Assembly: GCA_026388545.1 (NCBI GenBank)
Contig: JAPLJS010000114.1
Span: 94,737-158,736 of the forward strand
DNA: 64,000 nt
Direction of reading: 5' to 3'
Origin: Deltaproteobacteria bacterium
Lineage (GTDB): Bacteria; Desulfobacterota; Syntrophia; Syntrophales; UBA2185
The notes beneath the pieces are model-generated. The model searched no databases and had not been told where the DNA came from. It was given only the letters and a program-made list of their open reading frames with translations. A program made the position numbers and the translations under genes. Shown here piece by piece: positions 49,273-58,997 of this stretch (positions are counted from its first letter, which is position 1; each line of letters starts with the position of its first letter).

Positions 49273-50662
49273 GAGAAACCTTTGCACAACTCCTGTTAAA
49301 ATTTGAGTAGAAAAATAGAGAAAAAGTGATTTAACATATTAATATCACTTGACATATTACGATTTTCATGATAATTTTCGGTCAAATTCAACGTTGAAGG
49401 AGACCGCCATGGCTTTCAAAGAATACGATCGAAAACCGACTTTCCTCGATATGGAACTCCAGAGAGCATTCGGACAGGCACAATCACGGACCCAACAATC
49501 ACTTACGGAAATCGATAAGATCATCAACTGGACATCCATAGAGAAGATCGTAACAGAGAACTATCCTGTGGGGCAATCGGAATACGGGAACAAAGCATAC
49601 CCGCCCATGTTGCTGTTGAAAGCCAGCCTGATCCAGAAGTGGTTCGGGATCCACTCCGATCCGGAGCTGGAGATCCAGATCAATGATCGTTTATCCTTCA
49701 AGGCCTTCATCGGTTTGCCCTTCAGCGAACCTTCTCCTGACCATTCCATCATCTGCCGGTTCAGGGAACGGATTGGGAAAGATACCCTGGAGAAGATACA
49801 CCATGAGCTTCTGGAGCAGTTCAGTGCCCTGGGTTTCTCCCTTGAATCCGGCATGGCCGTAGATGCCAGGGTGATCAGATCAGCAAGCCGTCCTGTGAGT
49901 ACAAACAATCTCGATGCCCTGAGAGAGAAGAGGAAGGCCAGGGCAAAGATGAGGAATAAGACACAGAAGGCCATGCGCTTCCAGAGGGATATTGACTCCG
50001 ACTGGACGGTGAAGAACAAGCAGCCCGTTTTCGGAATGAAGGAGCATGCCTCCGTTGATGTGGAAAGCGGTCTGGTTTTATCCACCTGTGTATTCAAGGC
50101 CTCTGAGCATGACACGACCTATTTCTCCTATGTGGTGACGAAGGGCATTCATGGTAACGGTCTTCCTGAAACGGTTTATGCCGACAAGGGCTACTGTGGA
50201 AAAGCCAATCGGGAATTCCTGAGCATGAACGGCATCGGTGACGGAATCATGAGAAAGAACCAGATCAATGCATCTCTGACGGAAACCGAAATCCACAGAA
50301 ACAAAACCATTGCCAAGGTCAGGTACAAGATTGAGCAATATTTTGGCTTAACCCATAAATATCATGGCGCGGGAAAAGCGAGGTTCACTACCCTTCTCAA
50401 GGAGAATTGGGATCATCTCTGCGGAGCGATGGCCTTCAATATCAAGCGTGTTGTTCTGAATCTGAGAAAACGGAAGATGATTGCCGCAACGTAGGGGGAA
50501 GCATCCCCCATGCCCCCTCCCCGGGGTTATCCGGGGGAAACCAAGATTGTCAAAGAGCGTTTTTCGGTATCAAAACTTAGAAACCGATAAAAAATCTGAA
50601 AAAGTGAGCATCCAAACAGAGGAAAATTTAATATCGAAATTGTGCAAAGGTCTTTTATAGGA
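49273..50662 (+). mobile_element. Intact IS5-family insertion sequence
   Basis: Imperfect terminal inverted repeats: GAGAAACCTTTGCACAACTCC (left) versus AAAAGACCTTTGCACAATTTC (reverse complement of the right end). Single DDE transposase gene. Confidence 0.8.
49409..50494 (+). CDS. IS5-family DDE transposase (InsH-like, N-terminal DUF772-type domain)
   Basis: YPPMLLLKASLIQKWFGIHSDPELE..., ...AVDARVIRSA..., ...YADKGYCG..., ...VRYKIEQYFG... ATG at 49409 after GAAGGAG. Confidence 0.9.
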   Translation: MAFKEYDRKPTFLDMELQRAFGQAQSRTQQSLTEIDKIINWTSIEKIVTENYPVGQSEYGNKAYPPMLLLKASLIQKWFGIHSDPELEIQINDRLSFKAFIGLPFSEPSPDHSIICRFRERIGKDTLEKIHHELLEQFSALGFSLESGMAVDARVIRSASRPVSTNNLDALREKRKARAKMRNKTQKAMRFQRDIDSDWTVKNKQPVFGMKEHASVDVESGLVLSTCVFKASEHDTTYFSYVVTKGIHGNGLPETVYADKGYCGKANREFLSMNGIGDGIMRKNQINASLTETEIHRNKTIAKVRYKIEQYFGLTHKYHGAGKARFTTLLKENWDHLCGAMAFNIKRVVLNLRKRKMIAAT

Positions 50663-50752
50663 AAAGCGCTTTTTTTCTACCTTTATGAATTTACACAAAA
50701 GATTTTACACTGCTGAATAATTTTAACAAACATGTCAAAGTAAAATAAAAAA

Positions 50753-51556
50753 ATGGAGGTTGCCATGGAATTTAAACAGTTTACTTTAATTGTTTTAAGA
50801 AAACTACATCTTTTGCCTATTGTTACAAGAGGAATTTTATTTCAAAAGGTTTTGATGTGTCACGCAAAAAATAATGCTTATTCCAAAGCACATAATATAA
50901 AAATACCACCCTACTCACTCATGATAGATGCTTATGGTCATTGCATGCTAAAAGAATATCACGAAACAGGATTAATACACGCCAATTTCATTAACGATAT
51001 TATTTTGCAGCATAAACCTGCTGAAAACATTACAGTATGCGAGTGGGGTTGCGGCGCAGCTAGAATATTACAACACCTTAAATCAATTAATAGTAACATT
51101 ATTGAGCTTATAGGAACAGATTATAATCCTAAAACAATACTCTGGTGCAAAAATAATATAAATAACATAACTTTTGTTAAAAATGATTTAAAGCCTCCAT
51201 TTCTTTTAAAAGATAAATCTATAGATGTATTATATTGTATATCTGTATTTACTCATTTATCCGAAGTTCAAAACCACTTATGGATAAACGAAATAAAAAG
51301 AGTCTTAAAGGAAAACGGTCTATTTATTGGTTCCTTTCATGGAGAAAAAACCTTCCATAAATTAACACAAAATGAACTTAAACAAATACAAAAAAGTGGT
51401 ATTGTTGAAAGAGGTAATGTTAAAGAGGGTTCCGGATTTTATGTGGCATACCATAGTGATAATTTTATCAAAAACAAATTATTAAATTATATTAAAAATA
51501 TTAATAAAATTAAGTGCGATTTTATGCTTCAAGATGTATGGTGTGCCATGAAATAG
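50753..51556 (+). CDS. Class I SAM-dependent methyltransferase
   Basis: Motif I VCEWGCGAARIL and post-I GTDYN. Very AT-rich compared with its neighbours. Confidence 0.7.
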   Translation: MEVAMEFKQFTLIVLRKLHLLPIVTRGILFQKVLMCHAKNNAYSKAHNIKIPPYSLMIDAYGHCMLKEYHETGLIHANFINDIILQHKPAENITVCEWGCGAARILQHLKSINSNIIELIGTDYNPKTILWCKNNINNITFVKNDLKPPFLLKDKSIDVLYCISVFTHLSEVQNHLWINEIKRVLKENGLFIGSFHGEKTFHKLTQNELKQIQKSGIVERGNVKEGSGFYVAYHSDNFIKNKLLNYIKNINKIKCDFMLQDVWCAMK

Positions 51557-51559
51557 CAC

Positions 51560-51910
51560 ACCATCAGAGGTTAAGCGGTTGACAACTGAGCAGTACAGTG
51601 CAGTACCGATGGAAGATGTGATCCGGAAAGTTAATGAAGTCGTCAGAGGATGGGTAGGTTACTTTCGATATGGCAATTGTACAAAGGCCCTAACAACTCT
51701 GAAAAGATACCCGGTCTATAGGATTCGAATATGCCTGCGCCGGAAACACCATTACCGTAGTTTTGGATATAAGGCGTGTCCGGACAGATATTATTTTGAT
51801 TCCTTTAGGTCTATACGAAGTTCCAACCAAGGCTCCTTGGTCTCAGTCGGCGAAATCATCCGGATGAAGAACATCGGAAAGCCGTGTGCGGGAGAATCGC
51901 ATGCACGGTT
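51560..51910 (+). mobile_element. 5'-truncated group II intron remnant (maturase C-terminal fragment + domain V)
   Basis: The translation VIRKVNEVVRGWVGYFRYGN is an X/maturase-domain motif. AGCCGUGUGCGGGAGAAUCGCAUGCACGGUU (51880-51910) folds as domain V with an AGC triad and a 2-nt bulge. Confidence 0.6.
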
Positions 51911-53821
51911 GTGTGTCCAGCGAAGGCTGGTCTGTTCAGCAGGAGTCAAACCTGCCAGGGTAAAAGCCAGAGCCCTGTAGCTTGGATAGCAAGGTGGAGG
52001 GAAACCAAAATCTTGGAGCCTATTGACACACCCATCAAAAGGAAGGGAGCGAGTTACCAGGCCGTAACGAGAGTGAACGCAGAGGTGGCCTCGAGAATTC
52101 GAAGTTCCGGAAGCCGAGCCAGCAACCGTAGGGCGAAGGCAAGATGAACAGACGAAAACTGGATGATACGTTTGATTCGTTCCGGCGGGGTGATAGCGAC
52201 AGCATGGTAACAAGGACAAACCAAGCAACTGGAGAAACCCTCCTCGTCCCAGGGAGAAATTTCTGGAGCAAGGTAGGTCTTATAACCGGCAACACCGGGA
52301 AGTGGATCGAAGGCGAGAGGGTGGCGGATGGGTTCGTAAGAGCGATGAACTGGAGTAATATCCGGGGAGCAAAGGAGCCCTGCTGTTAATAATCTTCTGA
52401 CAACACTGGGAGGTAAGGGCGAGATGATAAAGGCGCCCATCAGTTTACAGAACCTGAGGAGGAAGATATACTTAAAGGCGAAGTCTGAAAAGGCATGGCG
52501 ATTCTGGGGACTGTATGTTCATGTCTGTAAGATGGAGACGCTCCGAGAGGCCTACAAGATGGCCAAGAAGAATAATGGTGCACCGGGAATAGACGGGGTA
52601 ACATTTGAGGCCATTGAGGAATCGGGTCTGGAAGCTTTTCTTGAGCAGATAAGAGAAGAACTGGTCTCAGGCACGTATCGACCGATGAGGAATCGAAGGA
52701 AGGAGATACCCAAAGACAAAAATAAGGTCAGGATTTTGGGGATTCCTTGCATTCGAGACCGTGTGGTTCAAGGAGCATTGAAGCTAATCTTTGAACCGAT
52801 CTTTGAAGCCGATTTCCAGGAAGGGTCATATGGATATCGACCCAAGCGGACAGCCCATGCGGCTGTAGGACGTGTGGCAGAAGCAGTGGTGAAAAACAAA
52901 ACACGGGTCATCGATGTAGACCTTAAGGCCTACTTTGATAATGTTCGGCATGATATCATTCTTAGGAAGATTGCCGAACGAGTGGACGATGGCGATGTGA
53001 TGCGACTGCTGAAGCTGATTCTGGAAGCTAATGGTAAGCGGGGAGTACCACAAGGGGGAGTAATTTCGCCATTGCTCAGTAATCTCTATCTCAACGAAGT
53101 GGATAAGATGCTGGAACGGGCAAAAGAAGTCACCCGTCATGGCAAATATACATACATTGAGTATGCAAGATTTGCCGATGATCTGGTTATCCTTGTAGAC
53201 GGCTTCCGGAAATGGAATTGGCTTGAAAAGGCGGCCTATCGAAGACTTCTTGAGGAGTTGAACAAGCTTGACGTTCAAGTAAATCAGGAGAAGACTCGGA
53301 TAGTGGATCTTACTAAAGACGAGACATTCAGTTTTCTTGGGTTTGACTTTAGGCGGATGAAAACCCGCCAGGGCAAGTGGGGAGTGCGAATCACACCGAG
53401 AATGAAGGCACGAACTACTCTGCTGCGAAAACTTAAAGAAGTGTTTCGCCGCCACAACTCGCAACCCGTAGATAGGGTCATATACCTGATTAATCCAATT
53501 CTCAGAGGATGGGTTAACTATTTTAGGGTTGGACATGCCAGTGGATGTTTTGGATACATCAAGGACTGGGTGGAGAAGAAGATTCGGCGACATCAGATGC
53601 GGGCAAGGAAACGCTGTGGTTTCGGCTGGAACAGGTGGAATAGGGACTGGTTCTATAAGAACCTTGGGGTATATAATGATTACAAGGTCAGATATTATCA
53701 GGCCTGAAAGCGCTGCCAGACTGATAGGTCACATAAACCTTTAGAAGAAGTTAACAGGAAAGCGTAGTGCGGGAAATCCGCACGCTACGTTTGACGTGGC
53801 GGGGGCTGGAAACGTACTGAT
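51911..53821 (+). mobile_element. Full-length group II intron (boundaries approximate)
   Basis: GUGUG at 51911, then about 510 nt of structured 5' RNA and the RT/maturase ORF. Domain V is AGCGUAGUGCGGGAAAUCCGCACGCUACGUU at 53761-53792. A possible domain VI with a bulged A near 53816 ends ...GAU. Confidence 0.65.
52424..53707 (+). CDS. Group II intron reverse transcriptase/maturase
   Basis: RT blocks 0-7 including YADD (YARFADDLVILV). X domain LINPILRGWVNYFRVGHAS. Confidence 0.92.
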   Translation: MIKAPISLQNLRRKIYLKAKSEKAWRFWGLYVHVCKMETLREAYKMAKKNNGAPGIDGVTFEAIEESGLEAFLEQIREELVSGTYRPMRNRRKEIPKDKNKVRILGIPCIRDRVVQGALKLIFEPIFEADFQEGSYGYRPKRTAHAAVGRVAEAVVKNKTRVIDVDLKAYFDNVRHDIILRKIAERVDDGDVMRLLKLILEANGKRGVPQGGVISPLLSNLYLNEVDKMLERAKEVTRHGKYTYIEYARFADDLVILVDGFRKWNWLEKAAYRRLLEELNKLDVQVNQEKTRIVDLTKDETFSFLGFDFRRMKTRQGKWGVRITPRMKARTTLLRKLKEVFRRHNSQPVDRVIYLINPILRGWVNYFRVGHASGCFGYIKDWVEKKIRRHQMRARKRCGFGWNRWNRDWFYKNLGVYNDYKVRYYQA

Positions 53822-53943
53822 AGTGCTCAGTGGCGCGCCAGTCCTCGACCCTACTGATGAGGGGAAGCTGGAGATAGAACCATTCGGCTACTACGCCAGC
53901 TCTCTACTCTACTGAGCGAGAGAGAAGTACGCAAGAACCGGAT

Positions 53944-55170
53944 AAACCCAAAAAGATAACCGTATGGGTTATCTCCCCCTTCTCGGATCCCACGAGCCCG
54001 GATTCAGCGGACAGATATCGCTACATTTGCCAAGAGCTTACCAAAAAGGGAGCATCCGTTTGCCAATTCATCAGCATGTTCGACCACGCACGGAAGCAAC
54101 ATCGCCGATTAGACATGCTTCCTTGGCGTTGTGTCGCGGTCGTCGAGCCTGGATATAGAAGTAATGTGAGCTTCCGGCGGTTGCTCTCACATGCCGTGTT
54201 TGATATATTGATATTATTTTATTTCATTCGCGAAAGCTTGAGACGGGGACGACCCGACACGATTTTTTCTGTATTACCGCACAACGGGGCAGCTTGTGTT
54301 GCCACCATATTTGCCAGGGTAATTGGCGCGCGGTTTATCGTGGATATTCACGACACTTGGCCGGAATCGATCCTCAGCGTTACAAAACTTAATTTTATAA
54401 CAAAAGTAGGCTACTACGTATGGAAAGCCTGTGCTGATTTTCCTCTTCGCTACGCAGATTATGTGTTTAGTGAATCGGTTCAATATGCAGAACGCGCAAA
54501 TTCTATTCGGAAATCCAGCGAACAGTCTCGTGCTCAAGCAATTTATCTTGGTGGTGATCCTGATTATTATCGTAGCATCCTCCCTGCGGAACGGTTACCA
54601 GAAAAACTGCAGAGTGCAAAGTTTATTGTGGCCTATGCAGGAACCCTTGGAGAGAACTACGATCTCGATTGTTTGATTGATGCATTTGCCAATTTCGAAA
54701 GTGAATGTCCGGAAGCGGGCTTGCTGATACTCGGTGGTGGAGAAAGAGAGATGGCTATCAGAACGAAGATCGCTGACGTATCCATAAAAGCATGGGTTTC
54801 CGGAAGGCTTCCGTATCGCATACTTCTTGGTTATCTCAAACGTTCTCATATCGGGCTCAATTGTTTCAAGGCGGGAGGAAATGTTGCCTATTCCTATAAA
54901 CTAAATGATTATCTTCTTTTAGGGTTGCCAGTCATAAATAGCTTGGAAGGAGAATCAGCGCATCTTATCTCCACGCAAGACCTTGGAGTGAATTACCAAG
55001 CAGGGAATCCTGAGAGTTTGTTGAATGCCTTGAGGGCTTGTTACAATCGTTTTTTGGCGAACGGGCAATCTTGGACAGAGAAAGTTGTGGACTTTTCTTC
55101 ACAGATGTTAGACCGTAAAGTGAACTATAGGCCATTAATTGAAAGATGTTTATACTCAAAAAGTAAATAA
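53944..55170 (+). CDS. Glycosyltransferase family 4 (WbuB-like), 5'-disrupted: no start codon for the conserved N-terminus
   Basis: GT4 homology (KKITVWVISPFSDP...DIHDTWPES...) starts at about 53944. The frame is open from 53878, but there is no ATG, GTG or TTG before the ATG at 54076 used by the track ORF. Confidence 0.65.
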   Translation, partial: KPKKITVWVISPFSDPTSPDSADRYRYICQELTKKGASVCQFISMFDHARKQHRRLDMLPWRCVAVVEPGYRSNVSFRRLLSHAVFDILILFYFIRESLRRGRPDTIFSVLPHNGAACVATIFARVIGARFIVDIHDTWPESILSVTKLNFITKVGYYVWKACADFPLRYADYVFSESVQYAERANSIRKSSEQSRAQAIYLGGDPDYYRSILPAERLPEKLQSAKFIVAYAGTLGENYDLDCLIDAFANFESECPEAGLLILGGGEREMAIRTKIADVSIKAWVSGRLPYRILLGYLKRSHIGLNCFKAGGNVAYSYKLNDYLLLGLPVINSLEGESAHLISTQDLGVNYQAGNPESLLNALRACYNRFLANGQSWTEKVVDFSSQMLDRKVNYRPLIERCLYSKSK

Positions 55171-55303
55171 TATTGTGTCTTTCCGGTAAGGCTGCGTGAA
55201 AAATTTGGGGCGGGCTGGTATGATCGGTATGTCGTTCAATCAGGGCGTACAACAGTTTGAAACGCCCATGTCAGAGCTTTTGTGAAAAGCGGCCTAAATT
55301 AAT

Positions 55304-55450
55304 ATGATGGCAAGCAAAAGGGTTCTCGATCTGGTTTTGGTGATTCCGGGTCTTGCGGTGTTACTTCCTTTTATGCTTTGAATCGCTTTGGTGGTTCGCT
55401 TCAAGCTCGGGTCGCCGGTTCTTTTCAGCCAGGACAGTGAGAAAAATACG
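55304..55450 (+). pseudogene. Sugar transferase (PGT) N-terminal remnant with in-frame stop
   Basis: My translation reads MMASKRVLDLVLVIPGLAVLLPFML*IALVVRFKLGSPVLFSQD. Similarity is lost after that. Confidence 0.6.
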
Positions 55451-55576
55451 CAAAACTGATGTTGAACAGGTTGCCATGTTTAATCAAACCTCTATGGACA
55501 GGTGGTTTCTGACCACATTGGGGTCAGGCTTCATAGTCAAACTCTATGCATCGATCGGTTCTGAAAGTGGTGATTT

Positions 55577-56347
55577 ATGATATACGATAAGCGACTCATT
55601 GATCACATGATAGATTTGAAAGTTGGTAAGGGTGAAACTGTACCCGGATCGTATCGTGTTATAAGATCTTTTTTTTCAAATAGCATATTTTGTTTTTTTC
55701 TAAGAATTACTGAATTGATTCTTGGATTTATCTTAACCCTCCCTGTTCCCATTTATAGAGATATTGTTTTGACACTCTTAACATATTTGCCTGGTTCTCC
55801 ATTTTTCTTGGGTAATTATTTAAGGGGCATTTATTGGTGCAGACGGCTTAAATGCATGAAAAGCAATGTCATCATTGAGCAAGGGGTTATTTTCAGAAAT
55901 CCCCATAATGTGGAATTGGATGAATTTATCTTATTGGATAAAAATGTTCTGCTTGAGGCAGGGTCAGTGAGGATAGGGAAAAGAGTGCATATCGCAGAAA
56001 ACTGCGTTATCAGTGGTGGTGGTGAATTCATCATGGAAGATTATTCATGCATGGCCCACTCATCTGCAGTTGTAACCGCATCGGATACACCGAACTATGG
56101 ATTCAGGGGGTCGGGTCCCATGGTTCCGTGGGAGCAGCGAAGCGTTAAGTTTGGGAAGGTAATCATTCGGAAGGATGCCTTTGTGGGTATGGGTGTGCGA
56201 ATTTTACCTGATGTTACAATAAATAGCGGCGCTGTTATTGCGGCAGGTGCTGTAGTTAACAAAGATGTAGCTGCCTGGAAAATCGTTGCCGGTGTTCCGG
56301 CGAAGGAAATTGGAAATAGAGAATCTGTTAAGTTTCCAGATATTTGA
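55577..56347 (+). CDS. Hexapeptide-repeat (LbH) acyl/acetyltransferase with N-terminal membrane segment
   Basis: Hexapeptide repeats in the C-terminal half (VIIRKDAFVGMGVRILPDVTINSGAVIAAGAVV). Confidence 0.75.
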   Translation: MIYDKRLIDHMIDLKVGKGETVPGSYRVIRSFFSNSIFCFFLRITELILGFILTLPVPIYRDIVLTLLTYLPGSPFFLGNYLRGIYWCRRLKCMKSNVIIEQGVIFRNPHNVELDEFILLDKNVLLEAGSVRIGKRVHIAENCVISGGGEFIMEDYSCMAHSSAVVTASDTPNYGFRGSGPMVPWEQRSVKFGKVIIRKDAFVGMGVRILPDVTINSGAVIAAGAVVNKDVAAWKIVAGVPAKEIGNRESVKFPDI

Positions 56348-56387
56348 ATTGTACATACGGCCTGCGCAAAGATAAGAAAGGCTACGG

Positions 56388-57551
56388 ATGGCTGATCTTG
56401 CAACTGAAGTATTGAACACAATCAAGAAGGTGATCAATCGTGAGGCTTCCTTTACGCCGCTGCATATCCCAATCTTTGAGGGCAATGAAAAGCGCTATCT
56501 CGCGGAATGCGTGGACAGCAATTTCGTTTCCTCTATAGGGGAATTTGTGGATCGTTTTGAAGGGATGCTGGCGGCGTTTACCGGTGTAAAAAAAGCGGTA
56601 CTCTGTGTCAACGGGACGGCCGCTTTGCATATCTGCTTGAAGATGACGGGCGTGGAGCAGGATGATGAAGTCCTGATGCCGGCGTTGTCCTTTGTCGCCA
56701 CGGCAAACGCGGTAAGCTACTGTGGGGCTGTGCCGCATTTCATCGATATCGAGGAAAGAACTTTAGGAACAGATCCGGGGAAGCTTGATGAATATCTGAG
56801 AGAAATCGTAGAGATGCGGGATGGCATCTGTGTCAATAAGCTTTCGGGGCGAAATATCAGGGCAATCCTGCCTATGCATACCTTCGGCCATCCAGTGGAT
56901 ATGGAGCCGCTCCTTGAGACAGCCCGCAGACATCATCTACCCGTGATCGAAGACGCAGCGGAGTCCCTGGGTTCATATTACAGGGGCGTGCATACGGGGG
57001 GATTAGGGAAGCTGGGGGTCCTGAGCTTCAACGGGAATAAGATCATCACGACCGGGGGCGGCGGGGCGATCCTCACAAACGATGAAGAGATGGCCACGCT
57101 ACTCAAGCATGTGACCACCACGGCGAAGGTCCCTCACCCCTGGGAATTTTATCACGACATGCTTGGTTACAACTATCGTATGCCTGCCCTCAATGCCGCT
57201 CTGGGGTGCGCGCAAATGGAGAAGCTGCCGGAGTTTCTTGAGAAGAAAAGATTGCTTGCGGAGCGCTACGCAGAGGCTTTTGCGGATGTCAAAGGGGTCC
57301 GGTTTTTTACCGAACCGGCGTTTGCGAAAAGCAACTACTGGCTGAACACGCTCATTCTCGACAGAGAATATGTGGATCAAAGGGACGACATCCTGAAAGT
57401 GACCAACGGAAACGGCATCATGACGCGCCCCGCCTGGACGTTGATGCCGCACCTTCCCATGTACAGCGACTGCCCCCGGATGAATCTGGACGTTGCTGAG
57501 GACCTGGTGAGACGGATCATCAATATTCCAAGTAGTGCGGATCTTGTTTGA
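56388..57551 (+). CDS. DegT/DnrJ/EryC1/StrS-family sugar aminotransferase (PglE-like)
   Basis: 387 aa. PLP-lysine region SFNGNKIITTGGGGAI. Typical family N-terminus. Confidence 0.9.
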   Translation: MADLATEVLNTIKKVINREASFTPLHIPIFEGNEKRYLAECVDSNFVSSIGEFVDRFEGMLAAFTGVKKAVLCVNGTAALHICLKMTGVEQDDEVLMPALSFVATANAVSYCGAVPHFIDIEERTLGTDPGKLDEYLREIVEMRDGICVNKLSGRNIRAILPMHTFGHPVDMEPLLETARRHHLPVIEDAAESLGSYYRGVHTGGLGKLGVLSFNGNKIITTGGGGAILTNDEEMATLLKHVTTTAKVPHPWEFYHDMLGYNYRMPALNAALGCAQMEKLPEFLEKKRLLAERYAEAFADVKGVRFFTEPAFAKSNYWLNTLILDREYVDQRDDILKVTNGNGIMTRPAWTLMPHLPMYSDCPRMNLDVAEDLVRRIINIPSSADLV

Positions 57552-57555
57552 AATA

Positions 57556-57604
57556 CTGGATTCCCGTCTGCACGGGAATGACATAGAAAAAGACGGGAAT
57601 GACA
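57556..57604. repeat. REP-like element (CTGGATTCCCGTCTGCACGGGAATGACA + partial repeat)
   Basis: Read directly from the sequence. See the family listed at 15785. Confidence 0.6.
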
Positions 57605-57614
57605 TAGAGGTTCG

Positions 57615-58310
57615 ATGCGCAACGATCTCATGATGAAAAGGCTCTTTGACCTTTTCCTTGCTGTTCCGGCCTTTCTGATTTTCTTCCCTTTCGGCCTGGT
57701 CATTGCCCTGATTCTGAAGTTCACCGGCGAGGGGTGGATTTTTTTTGTCCAGGAACGGGTGGGTTTGGGCGATTCCCGGTTTGGCCTGCTGAAGTTTGCC
57801 ACGATGCTGCGGGACAGCCCCAAGTCCGGCACGATCACGGAGAAGAACGATCCGCGCATTCTGCCTTTCGGGCGGTATCTGCGGGCGACGAAGATTAACG
57901 AACTTCCGCAGATTCTAAATGTGATAAAGAGTGATATGTCTATCGTCGGGCCGCGGCCCCTGGCGGAAGGGGAGTTTATATATTATCCTGACGACATCAA
58001 AAAAATCATTTTGCAAATGAAGCCGGGGCTTACGGGGATGGGCAGCCTTTTTTTGCGCAACGAAGAAGTCATATTGTTTGAATCGAAGAAGGAGAAGACG
58101 CGCTGCTATATCGAGGATGTGATCCCTTTGAAGGGCGCCTTGGAGAAGTGGTATTTCGAGCATCGGAGTTTCTGTGTGGATCTGAAGATTATCATGGCGA
58201 CGGCCCTGGCGATTGTGGCGCCGGGGGCGCGGTTTTATCTGGGCTGGTTTGATGTTGAGGGGTTGGTGAGGGAGTCGACGTTGAGTGTTTACTTTGTAAG
58301 CGGTAAATAG
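57615..58310 (+). CDS. Bacterial sugar transferase (PglC-like phosphoglycosyl transferase)
   Basis: KRLFDLFLAVPAFLIFFP..., DPRILPFGRYLRATKINELPQILNV..., MSIVGPRP. Confidence 0.85.
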   Translation: MRNDLMMKRLFDLFLAVPAFLIFFPFGLVIALILKFTGEGWIFFVQERVGLGDSRFGLLKFATMLRDSPKSGTITEKNDPRILPFGRYLRATKINELPQILNVIKSDMSIVGPRPLAEGEFIYYPDDIKKIILQMKPGLTGMGSLFLRNEEVILFESKKEKTRCYIEDVIPLKGALEKWYFEHRSFCVDLKIIMATALAIVAPGARFYLGWFDVEGLVRESTLSVYFVSGK

Positions 58311-58577
58311 TGAATAGTGAATGGTTAACAGGGGACAGCGACGAATAAGCGGAAGGAATGTAAACATGTTGCAAGGATTGTTTTTCAAAGGTTTCCAAGA
58401 CGTGACACAGTGAGTATTTAACTTATGCCGCTTTATTTTCCCAAAAAACAGCTTATGATATTAAGAGGCGATTTTATAATAAGGGATAGCATTATCTATG
58501 GTTGATCAGGTTATTGGTGCAGATAAATCGGTTAACAATAAGAGGTGAAAGGGTCAAGGTTCAAGGGGCAAGGGGTC

Positions 58578-58997
58578 TCAGATGAAGGGATTATCGATAA
58601 GTATACCCTCGATTAGCTGCCCATGATTCAGATCTTCAGTCAAAATTTTTTCTGCTTTTTCTCGATAGGCCGCCGCGATAATTAATGAATCCCAGAAGGA
58701 TAGATGATATCTGTTCTCAATTTCAGACGCTTCCAGAATCATTTTCCCATCATTCAATGCGATCGTCCAAGACAGGTAGCTTTGTATCAAACCCCGTGCA
58801 ACCACGTGTGAAAGAGGCTGTAATATTTTTCGGGTAATTGTGATATAAAATTCCTGGAGTACCTGTACACTGATAATGCCGGTCTTCTCATGCCACATTC
58901 TTTCCACTATGCCCATAGCGATGTCATGTTTTACGCCTGCGTCCAGATCATAAGCATAGACCAATATGTTCGTATCCAGAAAAATGCTATCTTTCAT
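58578..58997 (-). CDS. vapC: PIN-domain toxin VapC
   Basis: IFLDTNILVYAYD...QVLQEFY...SFWDSLIIAAA gives the PIN acidic residues. Overlaps the upstream antitoxin. Confidence 0.8.
   Translation of the reverse strand: MKDSIFLDTNILVYAYDLDAGVKHDIAMGIVERMWHEKTGIISVQVLQEFYITITRKILQPLSHVVARGLIQSYLSWTIALNDGKMILEASEIENRYHLSFWDSLIIAAAYREKAEKILTEDLNHGQLIEGILIDNPFI

Noticed and set aside
52826-53593. A 255-aa minus-strand ORF inside the group II intron RT gene.
   Set aside because: It is antisense to an RT ORF with all conserved blocks and has no domain signal.
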